A DNA stretch of 64,000 nucleotides from the NCBI GenBank assembly GCA_964016885.1, contig OZ024766.1, forward strand, positions 12,710,001 through 12,774,000, read 5' to 3'. The DNA is from Eledone cirrhosa. Lineage: Eukaryota. The notes below the pieces were generated by a model, which was not told where the DNA came from, made no database searches, and saw nothing but the letters and a program-made list of their open reading frames with translations. A program made the position numbers and the translations under genes. Below, in pieces: positions 1-17,118 of the stretch; within the stretch, counting starts at the first letter, position 1; each line of letters opens with the position of its first letter.

Positions 1-3000
1 CACACACACACCCTCTCCTATACACCTAGCTACACACATTTACCTCAACATACACACACACCCTCTCCTATACACCTAGCTACACACATTTACCTCAACA
101 CACACACACACACCCTCTCCTATACACCTAGCTACACATATTTACCTCAACACACACACCCTCTCCTATACACCTAGCTACACACATTTACCTCAAAACA
201 CACACACACCCTCTCCTATACACCTAGCTCTACATATTTACCTCAACACACACACACACACACACACCCTCTCCTATACACCTAGCTACACACATTCACC
301 TCAACATACACACACACACACCCTCTCCTATACACCTAGCTACACACATTTACCTCAACATACACACACACACACCCTCTCCTATACACCTAGCTACACA
401 CATTCCCCTCAACACACGCACACACACACACACCCTCTCCTATACACCTAGCTACACACATTCACCTCAACACACACACACACACCCTCTCCTATACACC
501 TAGCTACACACATTTACCTCAACACACACACACACCCTCTCCTATACACCTAGCTACACACATTTACCTCAACACACACACACACACCCTCTCCTATACA
601 CCTAGCTACACACATTTACCTCAACACACACACACACACACCCTCTCCTATACACCTAGCTACACACATTTACATCAACACACACACACACACCCTCTCC
701 TATACACCTAGCTACACACATTTACCTCAACACACACACACACCCTCTCCTATACACCTAGCTACACACATTTACCTCAACACACACACACACACACTCT
801 CCTATACACCTAGCTACACACATTTACCTCAACACACACACACACACCCTCTCCTATACACCTAGCTACACACATTTACCTCAACACACACACACACCCT
901 CTCCTATACACCTAGCTACACACATTTACCTCAACATACACACACACACACACACCCTCTCCTATACACCTAGCTACACACATTTACCTCAACATACACA
1001 CACACACACACACCCTCTCCTATACACCTAGCTACACACATTCACCTCAACATACACACACACACACCCTCTCCTATACACCTAGCTACACACATTTACC
1101 TCAACATACACACACACACACCCTCTCCTATACACCTAGCTACACACATTTACCTCAACACACAAACACACACACCCTCTCCTATACACCTAGCTACACA
1201 CATTTACCTCAACACACACACCCTCTCCTATACACCTAGCTACACACATTTACCTCAACATACACACACACACACCCTCTCCTATACACATAGCTACACA
1301 CATTTACCTCAACATACACACACACCCTCTCCTATACACCTAGCTACACACATTCACCTCAACATACACACACACCCTCTCCTATACACCTAGCTACACA
1401 CATTTACCTCAAAATACACAAACACACACACCCTCTCCTATACACCTAGCTACACACATTTACCTCAACACACACACACACCCTCTCCTATACACCTAGC
1501 TACACACATTTACCTCAACACACACACACACACCCTCTCCTATAGACCTAGCTACACACATTTACCTCAACATACACACACACACACACCCTCTCCTATA
1601 CACCTAACTACACACATTTACCTCAACACACACACACACACACACACCCTCTCCTATACACCTAGCTACACACATTTACCTCAACACGCACACACACACC
1701 CTCTCCTATACACCTAGCTACACACATTTACCTCAACATACACACACACACCCTCTCCTATACACCTAGCTACACACATTTACCTCAACACACACACACA
1801 CACACCCTCTCCTATACACCTAGCTACACACATTTACCTCAACATACACACACCCTCTCCTATACACCTAGCTACACACATTCACCTCAACATACACACA
1901 CACACACCCTCTCCTATACACCTAGCTACACACATTTACCTCAACACACACACACACACCCTCTCCTATACACCTAGCTACACACATTTACCTCAACATA
2001 CACACACACACACCCTCTCCTATACACCTAGCTACACACATTTACCTCAACATACACACACACCCTCTCCTATACACCTAGCTACACACATTTACCTCAA
2101 CACACACACACACACCCTCTCCTATGCACCTAGCTACACACATTTACCTCAACATACACACACACACACACCCTCTCCTATACACCTAGCTTCACACATT
2201 CACCTCAACACACACACACACACCCTCTCCTATACACCTAGCTACACACATTTACCTCAACATACACACACACACACCCTCTCCTATACACCTAGCTACA
2301 CACATTTACCTCAACACACACAGACACCCTCTCCTATACACCTAGCTACACACATTCACCTCAACACACACATACACACCCTCTCCTATACACCTAGCTA
2401 CACACATTTACCTCAACACACACACACACCCTCTCCTATACACCTAGCTACACACATTTACCTCAACATACACACACCCTCTCCTATACACCTAGCTACA
2501 AACATTTACCTCAACACACACACACACACCCTCTCCTATACACCTAGCTACACACATTCACCTCAACATACACACACACACACCCTCTCCTATACACCTA
2601 GCTACACACATTTACCTCAACATACACACACACCCTCTCCTATACACCTAGCTACACACATTTACCTCAACATACACACACACACACCCTCTCCTATACA
2701 CCTAGCTACACACATTTACCTCAACATACACACACACACCCTCTCCTATACACCTAGCTACACACATTTACCTCAACACACACACACCCTCTCCTATACA
2801 CCTAGCTACACACATTTACATCAACACACACACACACAGCCTCTCCTATACACCTAGCTACACACATTTACCTCAACACACACACACACCCTCTCCTATA
2901 CACCTAGCTACACACATTTACCTCAACACACACACACACACCCTCTCCTATACACCTAGCTACACACATTTACCTCAACACACACACACACACCCTCTCC

Positions 3001-6000
3001 TATACACCTAGCTACACACATTTACCTCAACACACACACACACCCTCTCCTATACACCTAGCTACACACATTTACCTCAACATACACACACACACCCTCT
3101 CCTATACACCTAGCTACACACATTTACCTCAACACACACACACACACACACACCCTCTCCTATACACCTAGCTACACACATTCACCTCAACATACACACA
3201 CACACACCCTCTCCTATACACCTAGCTACACACATTTACCTCAACATACACACACACACACCCTCTCCTATACACCTAGCTACACACATTTACCTCAACA
3301 CACAAACACACACACCCTCTCCTATACACCTAGCTACACACATTTACCTCAACACACACACACACACACACCCTCTCCTATACACCTAGCTACACACATT
3401 TACCTCAACATACACACACACACACCCTCTCCTATACACCTAGCTACACACATTTACCTCAACATACACACACACCCTCTCCTATACACCTAGCTACACA
3501 CATTCACCTCAACATACACACACACCCTCTCCTATACACCTAGCTACACACATTTACCTCAAAATACACAAACACACACACCCTCTCCTATACACCTAGC
3601 TACACACATTTACCTCAACACACACACACACCCTCTCCTATACACCTAGCTACACACATTTACCTCAACACACACACACACACAACCTCTCCTATAGACC
3701 TATCTACACACATTTACCTCAACATACACACACACACACACCCTCTCCTATACACCTAACTACACACATTTACCTCAACACACACACACACACACACACC
3801 CTCTCCTATACACCTAGATACACACATTTACCTCAACACGCACACACACACCCTCTCCTATACACCTAGCTACACACATTTACCTCAACATACACACACA
3901 CACCCTCTCCTATACACCTAGCTACACACATTTACCTCAACACACACACACACACACCCTCTCCTATACACCTAGCTACACACATTTACCTCAACACACA
4001 TACACACACCCTCTCCTATACACCTAGCTACACACATTTACCTCAACATACACACACCCTCTCCTATACACCTAGCTACACACATTCACCTCAACATACA
4101 CACACACACACCCTCTCCTATACACCTAGCTACACACATTTACCTCAACACACACACACACACCCTCTCCTATACACCTAGCTACACACATTCACCTCAA
4201 CACACACACACCCTCTCCTATACACCTAGCTACACACATTTACCTCAACATACACACACACACACCCTCTCCTATACACCTAGCTACACACATTTACCTC
4301 AACATACACACACACCCTCTCCTATACACCTAGCTACAAACATTTACCTCAACATACACACACACCCTCTCCTATACACCTAGCTACACACATTTACCTC
4401 AACATACACACACACACCCTCTCCTATACACCTAGCTACACACATTTACCTCAACATACACACACACACACCCTCTCCTATACACCTAGCTACACACATT
4501 TACCTCAACATACACACACACACCCTCTCCTATACACCTAGCTACACACATTTACCTCAACATACACACACACACACCCTCTCCTATACACCTAGCTACA
4601 CACATTTACCTCAACACACACACACACCCTCTCCTATACACCTAGCTACACACATTCACCTCAACACACACACACACACACCCTCTCCTATACACCTAGC
4701 TACACACATTTACCTCAACACACACACACACCCTCTCCTATACACCTAGCTACACACATTTACCTCAACATACACACACCCTCTCCTATACACCTAGCTA
4801 CACACATTTACCTCAACACACACACACACACACACACCCTCTCCTATACACCTAGCTACACACATTCACCTCAACATACACACACACACACCCTCTCCTA
4901 TACACCTAGCTACACACATTTACCTCAACATACACACACACACACCCTCTCCTATACACCTAGCTACACACATTTACCTCAACACACACACCCTCTCCTA
5001 TACACCTAGCTACACACATTCACCTCAACACACACACACACACCCTCTCCTATACACCTAGCTACACACATTTACCTCAACACACACACACACCCTCTCC
5101 TATACACCTAGCTACACACATTTACGTCAACATACACACACCCTCTCCTATACACCTAGCTACACACATTTACCTCAACACACACACACACACACACACA
5201 CCCTCTCCTATACACCTAGCTACACACATTCACCTCAACATACACACACACACACCCTCTCCTATACACCTAGCTACACACATTTACCTCAACACACACA
5301 CACACACACCCTCTCCTATACACCTAGCTACACACATTTACCTCAACATACACACACACCCTCTCCTATACACCTAGCTTCACACATTCACCTCAACACA
5401 CACACACACACCCTCTCCTATACACCTAGCTACACACATTTACCTCAACATACACACACACCCTCTCCTATACACCTAGCTACACACATTTACCTCAACA
5501 CACACACACACACCCTCTCCTATACACCTAGCTACACATATTTACCTCAACACACACACCCTCTCCTATACACCTAGCTACACACATTTACCTCAAAACA
5601 CACACACACCCTCTCCTATACACCTAGCTCTACATATTTACCTCAACACACACACACACACACACACCCTCTCCTATACACCTAGCTACACACATTCACC
5701 TCAACATACACACACACACACCCTCTCCTATACACCTAGCTACACACATTTACCTCAACATACACACACACACACCCTCTCCTATACACCTAGCTACACA
5801 CATTCCCCTCAACACACGCACACACACACACACCCTCTCCTATACACCTAGCTACACACATTCACCTCAACACACACACACACACCCTCTCCTATACACC
5901 TAGCTACACACATTTACCTCAACACACACACACACCCTCTCCTATACACCTAGCTACACACATTTACCTCAACACACACACACACACCCTCTCCTATACA

Positions 6001-9000
6001 CCTAGCTACACACATTTACCTCAACACACACACACACACACCCTCTCCTATACACCTAGCTACACACATTTACATCAACACACACACACACACCCTCTCC
6101 TATACACCTAGCTACACACATTTACCTCAACACACACACACACCCTCTCCTATACACCTAGCTACACACATTTACCTCAACACACACACACACACACTCT
6201 CCTATACACCTAGCTACACACATTTACCTCAACACACACACACACACCCTCTCCTATACACCTAGCTACACACATTTACCTCAACACACACACACACCCT
6301 CTCCTATACACCTAGCTACACACATTTACCTCAACATACACACACACACACACACCCTCTCCTATACACCTAGCTACACACATTTACCTCAACATACACA
6401 CACACACACACACCCTCTCCTATACACCTAGCTACACACATTCACCTCAACATACACACACACACACCCTCTCCTATACACCTAGCTACACACATTTACC
6501 TCAACATACACACACACACACCCTCTCCTATACACCTAGCTACACACATTTACCTCAACACACAAACACACACACCCTCTCCTATACACCTAGCTACACA
6601 CATTTACCTCAACACACACACCCTCTCCTATACACCTAGCTACACACATTTACCTCAACATACACACACACACACCCTCTCCTATACACATAGCTACACA
6701 CATTTACCTCAACATACACACACACCCTCTCCTATACACCTAGCTACACACATTCACCTCAACATACACACACACCCTCTCCTATACACCTAGCTACACA
6801 CATTTACCTCAAAATACACAAACACACACACCCTCTCCTATACACCTAGCTACACACATTTACCTCAACACACACACACACCCTCTCCTATACACCTAGC
6901 TACACACATTTACCTCAACACACACACACACACCCTCTCCTATAGACCTAGCTACACACATTTACCTCAACATACACACACACACACACCCTCTCCTATA
7001 CACCTAACTACACACATTTACCTCAACACACACACACACACACACACCCTCTCCTATACACCTAGCTACACACATTTACCTCAACACGCACACACACACC
7101 CTCTCCTATACACCTAGCTACACACATTTACCTCAACATACACACACACACCCTCTCCTATACACCTAGCTACACACATTTACCTCAACACACACACACA
7201 CACACCCTCTCCTATACACCTAGCTACACACATTTACCTCAACATACACACACCCTCTCCTATACACCTAGCTACACACATTCACCTCAACATACACACA
7301 CACACACACCCTCTCCTATACACCTAGCTACACACATTTACCTCAACACACACACACACACCCTCTCCTATACACCTAGCTACACACATTTACCTCAACA
7401 TACACACACACACACCCTCTCCTATACACCTAGCTACACACATTTACCTCAACATACACACACACCCTCTCCTATACACCTAGCTACACACATTTACCTC
7501 AACACACACACACACACCCTCTCCTATGCACCTAGCTACACACATTTACCTCAACATACACACACACACACACCCTCTCCTATACACCTAGCTTCACACA
7601 TTCACCTCAACACACACACACACACCCTCTCCTATACACCTAGCTACACACATTTACCTCAACATACACACACACACACCCTCTCCTATACACCTAGCTA
7701 CACACATTTACCTCAACACACACAGACACCCTCTCCTATACACCTAGCTACACACATTCACCTCAACACACACATACACACCCTCTCCTATACACCTAGC
7801 TACACACATTTACCTCAACACACACACACACCCTCTCCTATACACCTAGCTACACACATTTACCTCAACATACACACACCCTCTCCTATACACCTAGCTA
7901 CAAACATTTACCTCAACACACACACACACACCCTCTCCTATACACCTAGCTACACACATTCACCTCAACATACACACACACACACCCTCTCCTATACACC
8001 TAGCTACACACATTTACCTCAACATACACACACACCCTCTCCTATACACCTAGCTACACACATTTACCTCAACATACACACACACACACCCTCTCCTATA
8101 CACCTAGCTACACACATTTACCTCAACATACACACACACACCCTCTCCTATACACCTAGCTACACACATTTACCTCAACACACACACACCCTCTCCTATA
8201 CACCTAGCTACACACATTTACATCAACACACACACACACAGCCTCTCCTATACACCTAGCTACACACATTTACCTCAACACACACACACACCCTCTCCTA
8301 TACACCTAGCTACACACATTTACCTCAACACACACACACACACCCTCTCCTATACACCTAGCTACACACATTTACCTCAACACACACACACACACCCTCT
8401 CCTATACACCTAGCTACACACATTTACCTCAACACACACACACACCCTCTCCTATACACCTAGCTACACACATTTACCTCAACATACACACACACACCCT
8501 CTCCTATACACCTAGCTACACACATTTACCTCAACACACACACACACACACACACCCTCTCCTATACACCTAGCTACACACATTCACCTCAACATACACA
8601 CACACACACCCTCTCCTATACACCTAGCTACACACATTTACCTCAACATACACACACACACACCCTCTCCTATACACCTAGCTACACACATTTACCTCAA
8701 CACACAAACACACACACCCTCTCCTATACACCTAGCTACACACATTTACCTCAACACACACACACACACACACCCTCTCCTATACACCTAGCTACACACA
8801 TTTACCTCAACATACACACACACACACCCTCTCCTATACACCTAGCTACACACATTTACCTCAACATACACACACACCCTCTCCTATACACCTAGCTACA
8901 CACATTCACCTCAACATACACACACACCCTCTCCTATACACCTAGCTACACACATTTACCTCAAAATACACAAACACACACACCCTCTCCTATACACCTA

Positions 9001-10018
9001 GCTACACACATTTACCTCAACACACACACACACCCTCTCCTATACACCTAGCTACACACATTTACCTCAACACACACACACACACAACCTCTCCTATAGA
9101 CCTATCTACACACATTTACCTCAACATACACACACACACACACCCTCTCCTATACACCTAACTACACACATTTACCTCAACACACACACACACACACACA
9201 CCCTCTCCTATACACCTAGATACACACATTTACCTCAACACGCACACACACACCCTCTCCTATACACCTAGCTACACACATTTACCTCAACATACACACA
9301 CACACCCTCTCCTATACACCTAGCTACACACATTTACCTCAACACACACACACACACACCCTCTCCTATACACCTAGCTACACACATTTACCTCAACACA
9401 CATACACACACCCTCTCCTATACACCTAGCTACACACATTTACCTCAACATACACACACCCTCTCCTATACACCTAGCTACACACATTCACCTCAACATA
9501 CACACACACACACCCTCTCCTATACACCTAGCTACACACATTTACCTCAACACACACACACACACCCTCTCCTATACACCTAGCTACACACATTCACCTC
9601 AACACACACACACCCTCTCCTATACACCTAGCTACACACATTTACCTCAACATACACACACACACACCCTCTCCTATACACCTAGCTACACACATTTACC
9701 TCAACATAGACACACACCCTCTCCTATACACCTAGCTACAAACATTTACCTCAACATACACACACACCCTCTCCTATACACCTAGCTACACACATTTACC
9801 TCAACATACACACACACACCCTCTCCTATACACCTAGCTACACACATTTACCTCAACATACACACACACACACCCTCTCCTATACACCTAGCTACACACA
9901 TTTACCTCAACATACACACACACACCCTCTCCTATACACCTAGCTACACACATTTACCTCAACATACACACACACACACCCTCTCCTATACACCTAGCTA
10001 CACACATTTACCTCAACA
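1..10018. repeat. Near-identical block duplication, 1-~4616 repeated at 5401-~10018 (offset 5400, then 5402)
   Basis: Printed lines from position 1 match those from 5401, including rare variants (GCTCTACATA, TTCCCCTC, CACATAGC). One extra CA near 7300 shifts the offset to 5402 (ATG variant at 2124 vs 7526). One substitution, CATAGA, is at about 9709. Confidence 0.92.
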
Positions 10019-13000
10019 TACACACACACACCCTCTCCTATACACCTAGCTACACACATTTACCTCAACACACACACACCCTCTCCTATACACCTAGCTA
10101 CACACATTTACATCAACACACACACACACAGCCTCTCCTATACACCTAGCTACACACATTTACCTCAACACACACACACACCCTCTCCTATACACCTAGC
10201 TACACACATTTACCTCAACACACACACACACACCCTCTCCTATACACCTAGCTACACACATTTACCTCAACACACACACACACACCCTCTCCTATACACC
10301 TAGCTACACACATTTACCTCAACACACACACACACCCTCTCCTATACACCTAGCTACACACATTTACCTCAACATACACACACACACACACCCTCTCCTA
10401 TACACCTAGCTACACACATTTACCTCAACACACACACACACACACACACCCTCTCCTATACACCTAGCTACACACATTCACCTCAACATACACACACACA
10501 CACCCTCTCCTATACACCTAGCTACACACATTTACCTCAACATACACACACACACACCCTCTCCTATACACCTAGCTACACACATTTACCTCAACACACA
10601 AACACACACACCCTCTCCTATACACCTAGCTACACACATTTACCTCAACACACACACACACACACACCCTCTCCTATACACCTAGCTACACACATTTACC
10701 TCAACATACACACACACACACCCTCTCCTATACACCTAGCTACACACATTTACCTCAACATACACACACACCCTCTCCTATACACCTAGCTACACACATT
10801 CACCTCAACATACACACACACCCTCTCCTATACACCTAGCTACACACATTTACCTCAAAATACACAAACACACACACCCTCTCCTATACACCTAGCTACA
10901 CACATTTACCTCAACACACACACACACCCTCTCCTATACACCTAGCTACACACATTTACCTCAACACACACACACACACACCCTCTCCTATAGACCTAGC
11001 TACACACATTTACCTCAACATACACACACACACACACCCTCTCCTATACACCTAACTACACACATTTACCTCAACACACACACACACACACACCCTCTCC
11101 TATACACCTAGCTACACACATTTACCTCAACACGCACACACACACCCTCTCCTATACACCTAGCTACACACATTTACCTCAACATACACACACACACCCT
11201 CTCCTATACACCTAGCTACACACATTTACCTCAACACACACACACACACACCCTCTCCTATACACCTAGCTACACACATTTACCTCAACACACACACACA
11301 CACCCTCTCCTATACACCTAGCTACACACAATTACCTCAACATACACACACCCTCTCCTATACACCTAGCTACACACATTCACCTCAACATACACACACA
11401 CACACCCTCTCCTATACACCTAGCTACACACATTTACCTCAACACACACACACACACCCTCTCCTATACACCTAGCTACACACATTCACCTCAACACACA
11501 CACACCCTCTCCTATACACCTAGCTACACACATTTACCTCAACATACACACACACACACCCTCTCCTATACACCTAGCTACACACATTTACCTCAACATA
11601 CACACACACCCTCTCCTATACACCTAGCTACAAACATTTACCTCAACATACACACACACACACCCTCTCCTATACACCTAGCTACACACATTTACCTCAA
11701 CATACACACACACACCCTCTCCTATACACCTAGCTACACACATTTACCTCAACATACACACACACACACCCTCTCCTATACACCTAGCTACACACATTTA
11801 CCTCAACATACACACACACACCCTCTCCTATAAACCTAGCTACACACATTTACCTCAACACACACACACACACACACCCTCTCCTATACACCTAGCTACA
11901 CACATTTACCTCAACACACACACACACACACACCCTCTCCTATACACCTAGCTACACACATTTACGTCAACATACACACACACACACACACACCCTCTCC
12001 TATACACCTAGCTACACACATTTACCTCAACATACACACACACACACCCTCTCCTATACACCTAGCTACACACATTTACCTCAACACCCAAACACACACA
12101 CCCTCTCCTATACACCTAGCTGCACACATTTACCTCAACATACACACACACACACACCCTCTCCTATACACCTAGCTACACGCATTTACCTCAACACACA
12201 CACACACCCTCTCCTATACACCTAGCTACACACATTTACCTCAACACACACACACACACACTCCCTCTCCTATACACCTAGCTACACACATTCACCTCAA
12301 CACACACACACACACACCCTCTCCTATACACCTAGCTACACACATTTACCTCAACATACACATACACCCTCTCCTATACACCTAGCTACACACATTTACC
12401 TCAACTCACACACACACCCTCTCCTATACACCTAGCTACACACATTTACCTCAACACACACACACACACACACCCTCTCCTATACACCTAGCTACACACA
12501 TTCACCTCAACATACAAACACACACACACCCTCTCCTATACACCTAGCTACACACATTTACCTCAACATACACACACACACCCTCTCCTATACACCTAGC
12601 TACACAGATTCACCTCAACATACACACACACCCTCTCCTATACACCTAGCTACACACATTTACCTCAACACACACACACACCCTCTCCTACACACCTAAC
12701 TACACACATTTACCTCAACATACACACACACACACACCCTCTCCTATACACCTAGCTACACACATTTACCTCAACACACACACACACCCTCTCCTATACA
12801 CCTAGCTACACACATTTACCTCAACATACACACACACACCCTCTCCTATACACCTAGCTACACACATTTACCTCAACACACACACACACACACACACCCT
12901 CTCCTATACACCTAGCTACACACATTCACCTCAACATACACACACACACACCCTCTCCTATACACCTAGCTACACACATTTACCTCAACATACACACACA

Positions 13001-16000
13001 CACACCCTCTCCTATACACCTAGCTACACACATTTACCTCAACACACAAACACACACACCCTCTCCTATACACCTAGCTACACACATTTACCTCAACACA
13101 CACACACACACACACCCTCTCCTATACACCTAGCTACACACATTTACCTCAACATACACACACACACACCCTCTCCTATACACCTAGCTACACACATTTA
13201 CCTCAACATACACACACACCCTCTCCTATACACCTAGCTACACACATTCACCTCAACATACACACACACCCTCTCCTATACACCTAGCTACACACATTTA
13301 CCTCAAAATACACAAACACACACACCCTCTCCTATACACCTAGCTACACACATTTACCTCAACACACACACACACCCTCTCCTATACACCTAGCTACACA
13401 CATTTACCTCAACACACACACACACACAACCTCTCCTATAGACCTATCTACACACATTTACCTCAACATACACACACACACACACCCTCTCCTATACACC
13501 TAACTACACACATTTACCTCAACACACACACACACACACACACCCTCTCCTATACACCTAGATACACACATTTACCTCAACACGCACACACACACCCTCT
13601 CCTATACACCTAGCTACACACATTTACCTCAACATACACACACACACCCTCTCCTATACACCTAGCTACACACATTTACCTCAACACACACACACACACA
13701 CCCTCTCCTATACACCTAGCTACACACATTTACCTCAACACACATACACACACCCTCTCCTATACACCTAGCTACACACATTTACCTCAACATACACACA
13801 CCCTCTCCTATACACCTAGCTACACACATTCACCTCAACATACACACACACACACCCTCTCCTATACACCTAGCTACACACATTTACCTCAACACACACA
13901 CACACACCCTCTCCTATACACCTAGCTACACACATTCACCTCAACACACACACACCCTCTCCTATACACCTAGCTACACACATTTACCTCAACATACACA
14001 CACACACACCCTCTCCTATACACCTAGCTACACACATTTACCTCAACATAGACACACACCCTCTCCTATACACCTAGCTACAAACATTTACCTCAACATA
14101 CACACACACCCTCTCCTATACACCTAGCTACACACATTTACCTCAACATACACACACACACCCTCTCCTATACACCTAGCTACACACATTTACCTCAACA
14201 TACACACACACACACCCTCTCCTATACACCTAGCTACACACATTTACCTCAACATACACACACACACCCTCTCCTATACACCTAGCTACACACATTTACC
14301 TCAACATACACACACACACACCCTCTCCTATACACCTAGCTACACACATTTACCTCAACATACACACACACACCCTCTCCTATACACCTAGCTACACACA
14401 TTTACCTCAACACACACACACCCTCTCCTATACACCTAGCTACACACATTTACATCAACACACACACACACAGCCTCTCCTATACACCTAGCTACACACA
14501 TTTACCTCAACACACACACACACCCTCTCCTATACACCTAGCTACACACATTTACCTCAACACACACACACACACCCTCTCCTATACACCTAGCTACACA
14601 CATTTACCTCAACACACACACACACACCCTCTCCTATACACCTAGCTACACACATTTACCTCAACACACACACACACCCTCTCCTATACACCTAGCTACA
14701 CACATTTACCTCAACATACACACACACACACACCCTCTCCTATACACCTAGCTACACACATTTACCTCAACACACACACACACACACACACCCTCTCCTA
14801 TACACCTAGCTACACACATTCACCTCAACATACACACACACACACCCTCTCCTATACACCTAGCTACACACATTTACCTCAACATACACACACACACACC
14901 CTCTCCTATACACCTAGCTACACACATTTACCTCAACACACAAACACACACACCCTCTCCTATACACCTAGCTACACACATTTACCTCAACACACACACA
15001 CACACACACCCTCTCCTATACACCTAGCTACACACATTTACCTCAACATACACACACACACACCCTCTCCTATACACCTAGCTACACACATTTACCTCAA
15101 CATACACACACACCCTCTCCTATACACCTAGCTACACACATTCACCTCAACATACACACACACCCTCTCCTATACACCTAGCTACACACATTTACCTCAA
15201 AATACACAAACACACACACCCTCTCCTATACACCTAGCTACACACATTTACCTCAACACACACACACACCCTCTCCTATACACCTAGCTACACACATTTA
15301 CCTCAACACACACACACACACACCCTCTCCTATAGACCTAGCTACACACATTTACCTCAACATACACACACACACACACCCTCTCCTATACACCTAACTA
15401 CACACATTTACCTCAACACACACACACACACACACCCTCTCCTATACACCTAGCTACACACATTTACCTCAACACGCACACACACACCCTCTCCTATACA
15501 CCTAGCTACACACATTTACCTCAACATACACACACACACCCTCTCCTATACACCTAGCTACACACATTTACCTCAACACACACACACACACACCCTCTCC
15601 TATACACCTAGCTACACACATTTACCTCAACACACACACACACACCCTCTCCTATACACCTAGCTACACACAATTACCTCAACATACACACACCCTCTCC
15701 TATACACCTAGCTACACACATTCACCTCAACATACACACACACACACCCTCTCCTATACACCTAGCTACACACATTTACCTCAACACACACACACACACC
15801 CTCTCCTATACACCTAGCTACACACATTCACCTCAACACACACACACCCTCTCCTATACACCTAGCTACACACATTTACCTCAACATACACACACACACA
15901 CCCTCTCCTATACACCTAGCTACACACATTTACCTCAACATACACACACACCCTCTCCTATACACCTAGCTACAAACATTTACCTCAACATACACACACA

Positions 16001-17118
16001 CACACCCTCTCCTATACACCTAGCTACACACATTTACCTCAACATACACACACACACCCTCTCCTATACACCTAGCTACACACATTTACCTCAACATACA
16101 CACACACACACCCTCTCCTATACACCTAGCTACACACATTTACCTCAACATACACACACACACCCTCTCCTATAAACCTAGCTACACACATTTACCTCAA
16201 CACACACACACACACACACCCTCTCCTATACACCTAGCTACACACATTTACCTCAACACACACACACACACACACCCTCTCCTATACACCTAGCTACACA
16301 CATTTACGTCAACATACACACACACACACACACACCCTCTCCTATACACCTAGCTACACACATTTACCTCAACATACACACACACACACCCTCTCCTATA
16401 CACCTAGCTACACACATTTACCTCAACACCCAAACACACACACCCTCTCCTATACACCTAGCTGCACACATTTACCTCAACATACACACACACACACACC
16501 CTCTCCTATACACCTAGCTACACGCATTTACCTCAACACACACACACACCCTCTCCTATACACCTAGCTACACACATTTACCTCAACACACACACACACA
16601 CACTCCCTCTCCTATACACCTAGCTACACACATTCACCTCAACACACACACACACACACCCTCTCCTATACACCTAGCTACACACATTTACCTCAACATA
16701 CACATACACCCTCTCCTATACACCTAGCTACACACATTTACCTCAACTCACACACACACCCTCTCCTATACACCTAGCTACACACATTTACCTCAACACA
16801 CACACACACACACACCCTCTCCTATACACCTAGCTACACACATTCACCTCAACATACAAACACACACACACCCTCTCCTATACACCTAGCTACACACATT
16901 TACCTCAACATACACACACACACCCTCTCCTATACACCTAGCTACACAGATTCACCTCAACATACACACACACCCTCTCCTATACACCTAGCTACACACA
17001 TTTACCTCAACACACACACACACCCTCTCCTACACACCTAACTACACACATTTACCTCAACATACACACACACACACACCCTCTCCTATACACCTAGCTA
17101 CACACATTTACCTCAACA
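8380..17118. repeat. Tandem duplication with 4342-bp period
   Basis: TATAGACCTATCT occurs at 9095 and 13437, and TCAACACCCAAAC at 12081 and 16423. CAATTACC, TATAAACC and CACAGATT variants recur at the same offset. The match ends at 12777/17119. Confidence 0.92.

Noticed and set aside
11821-11840. TATAAA (TATA-box-like) variants, also near 16171, 19147, 47978, 50725, 53356, 54198 and 61248
   Set aside because: These are single C>A substitutions of the consensus TATACA within the satellite, with no gene or promoter context.
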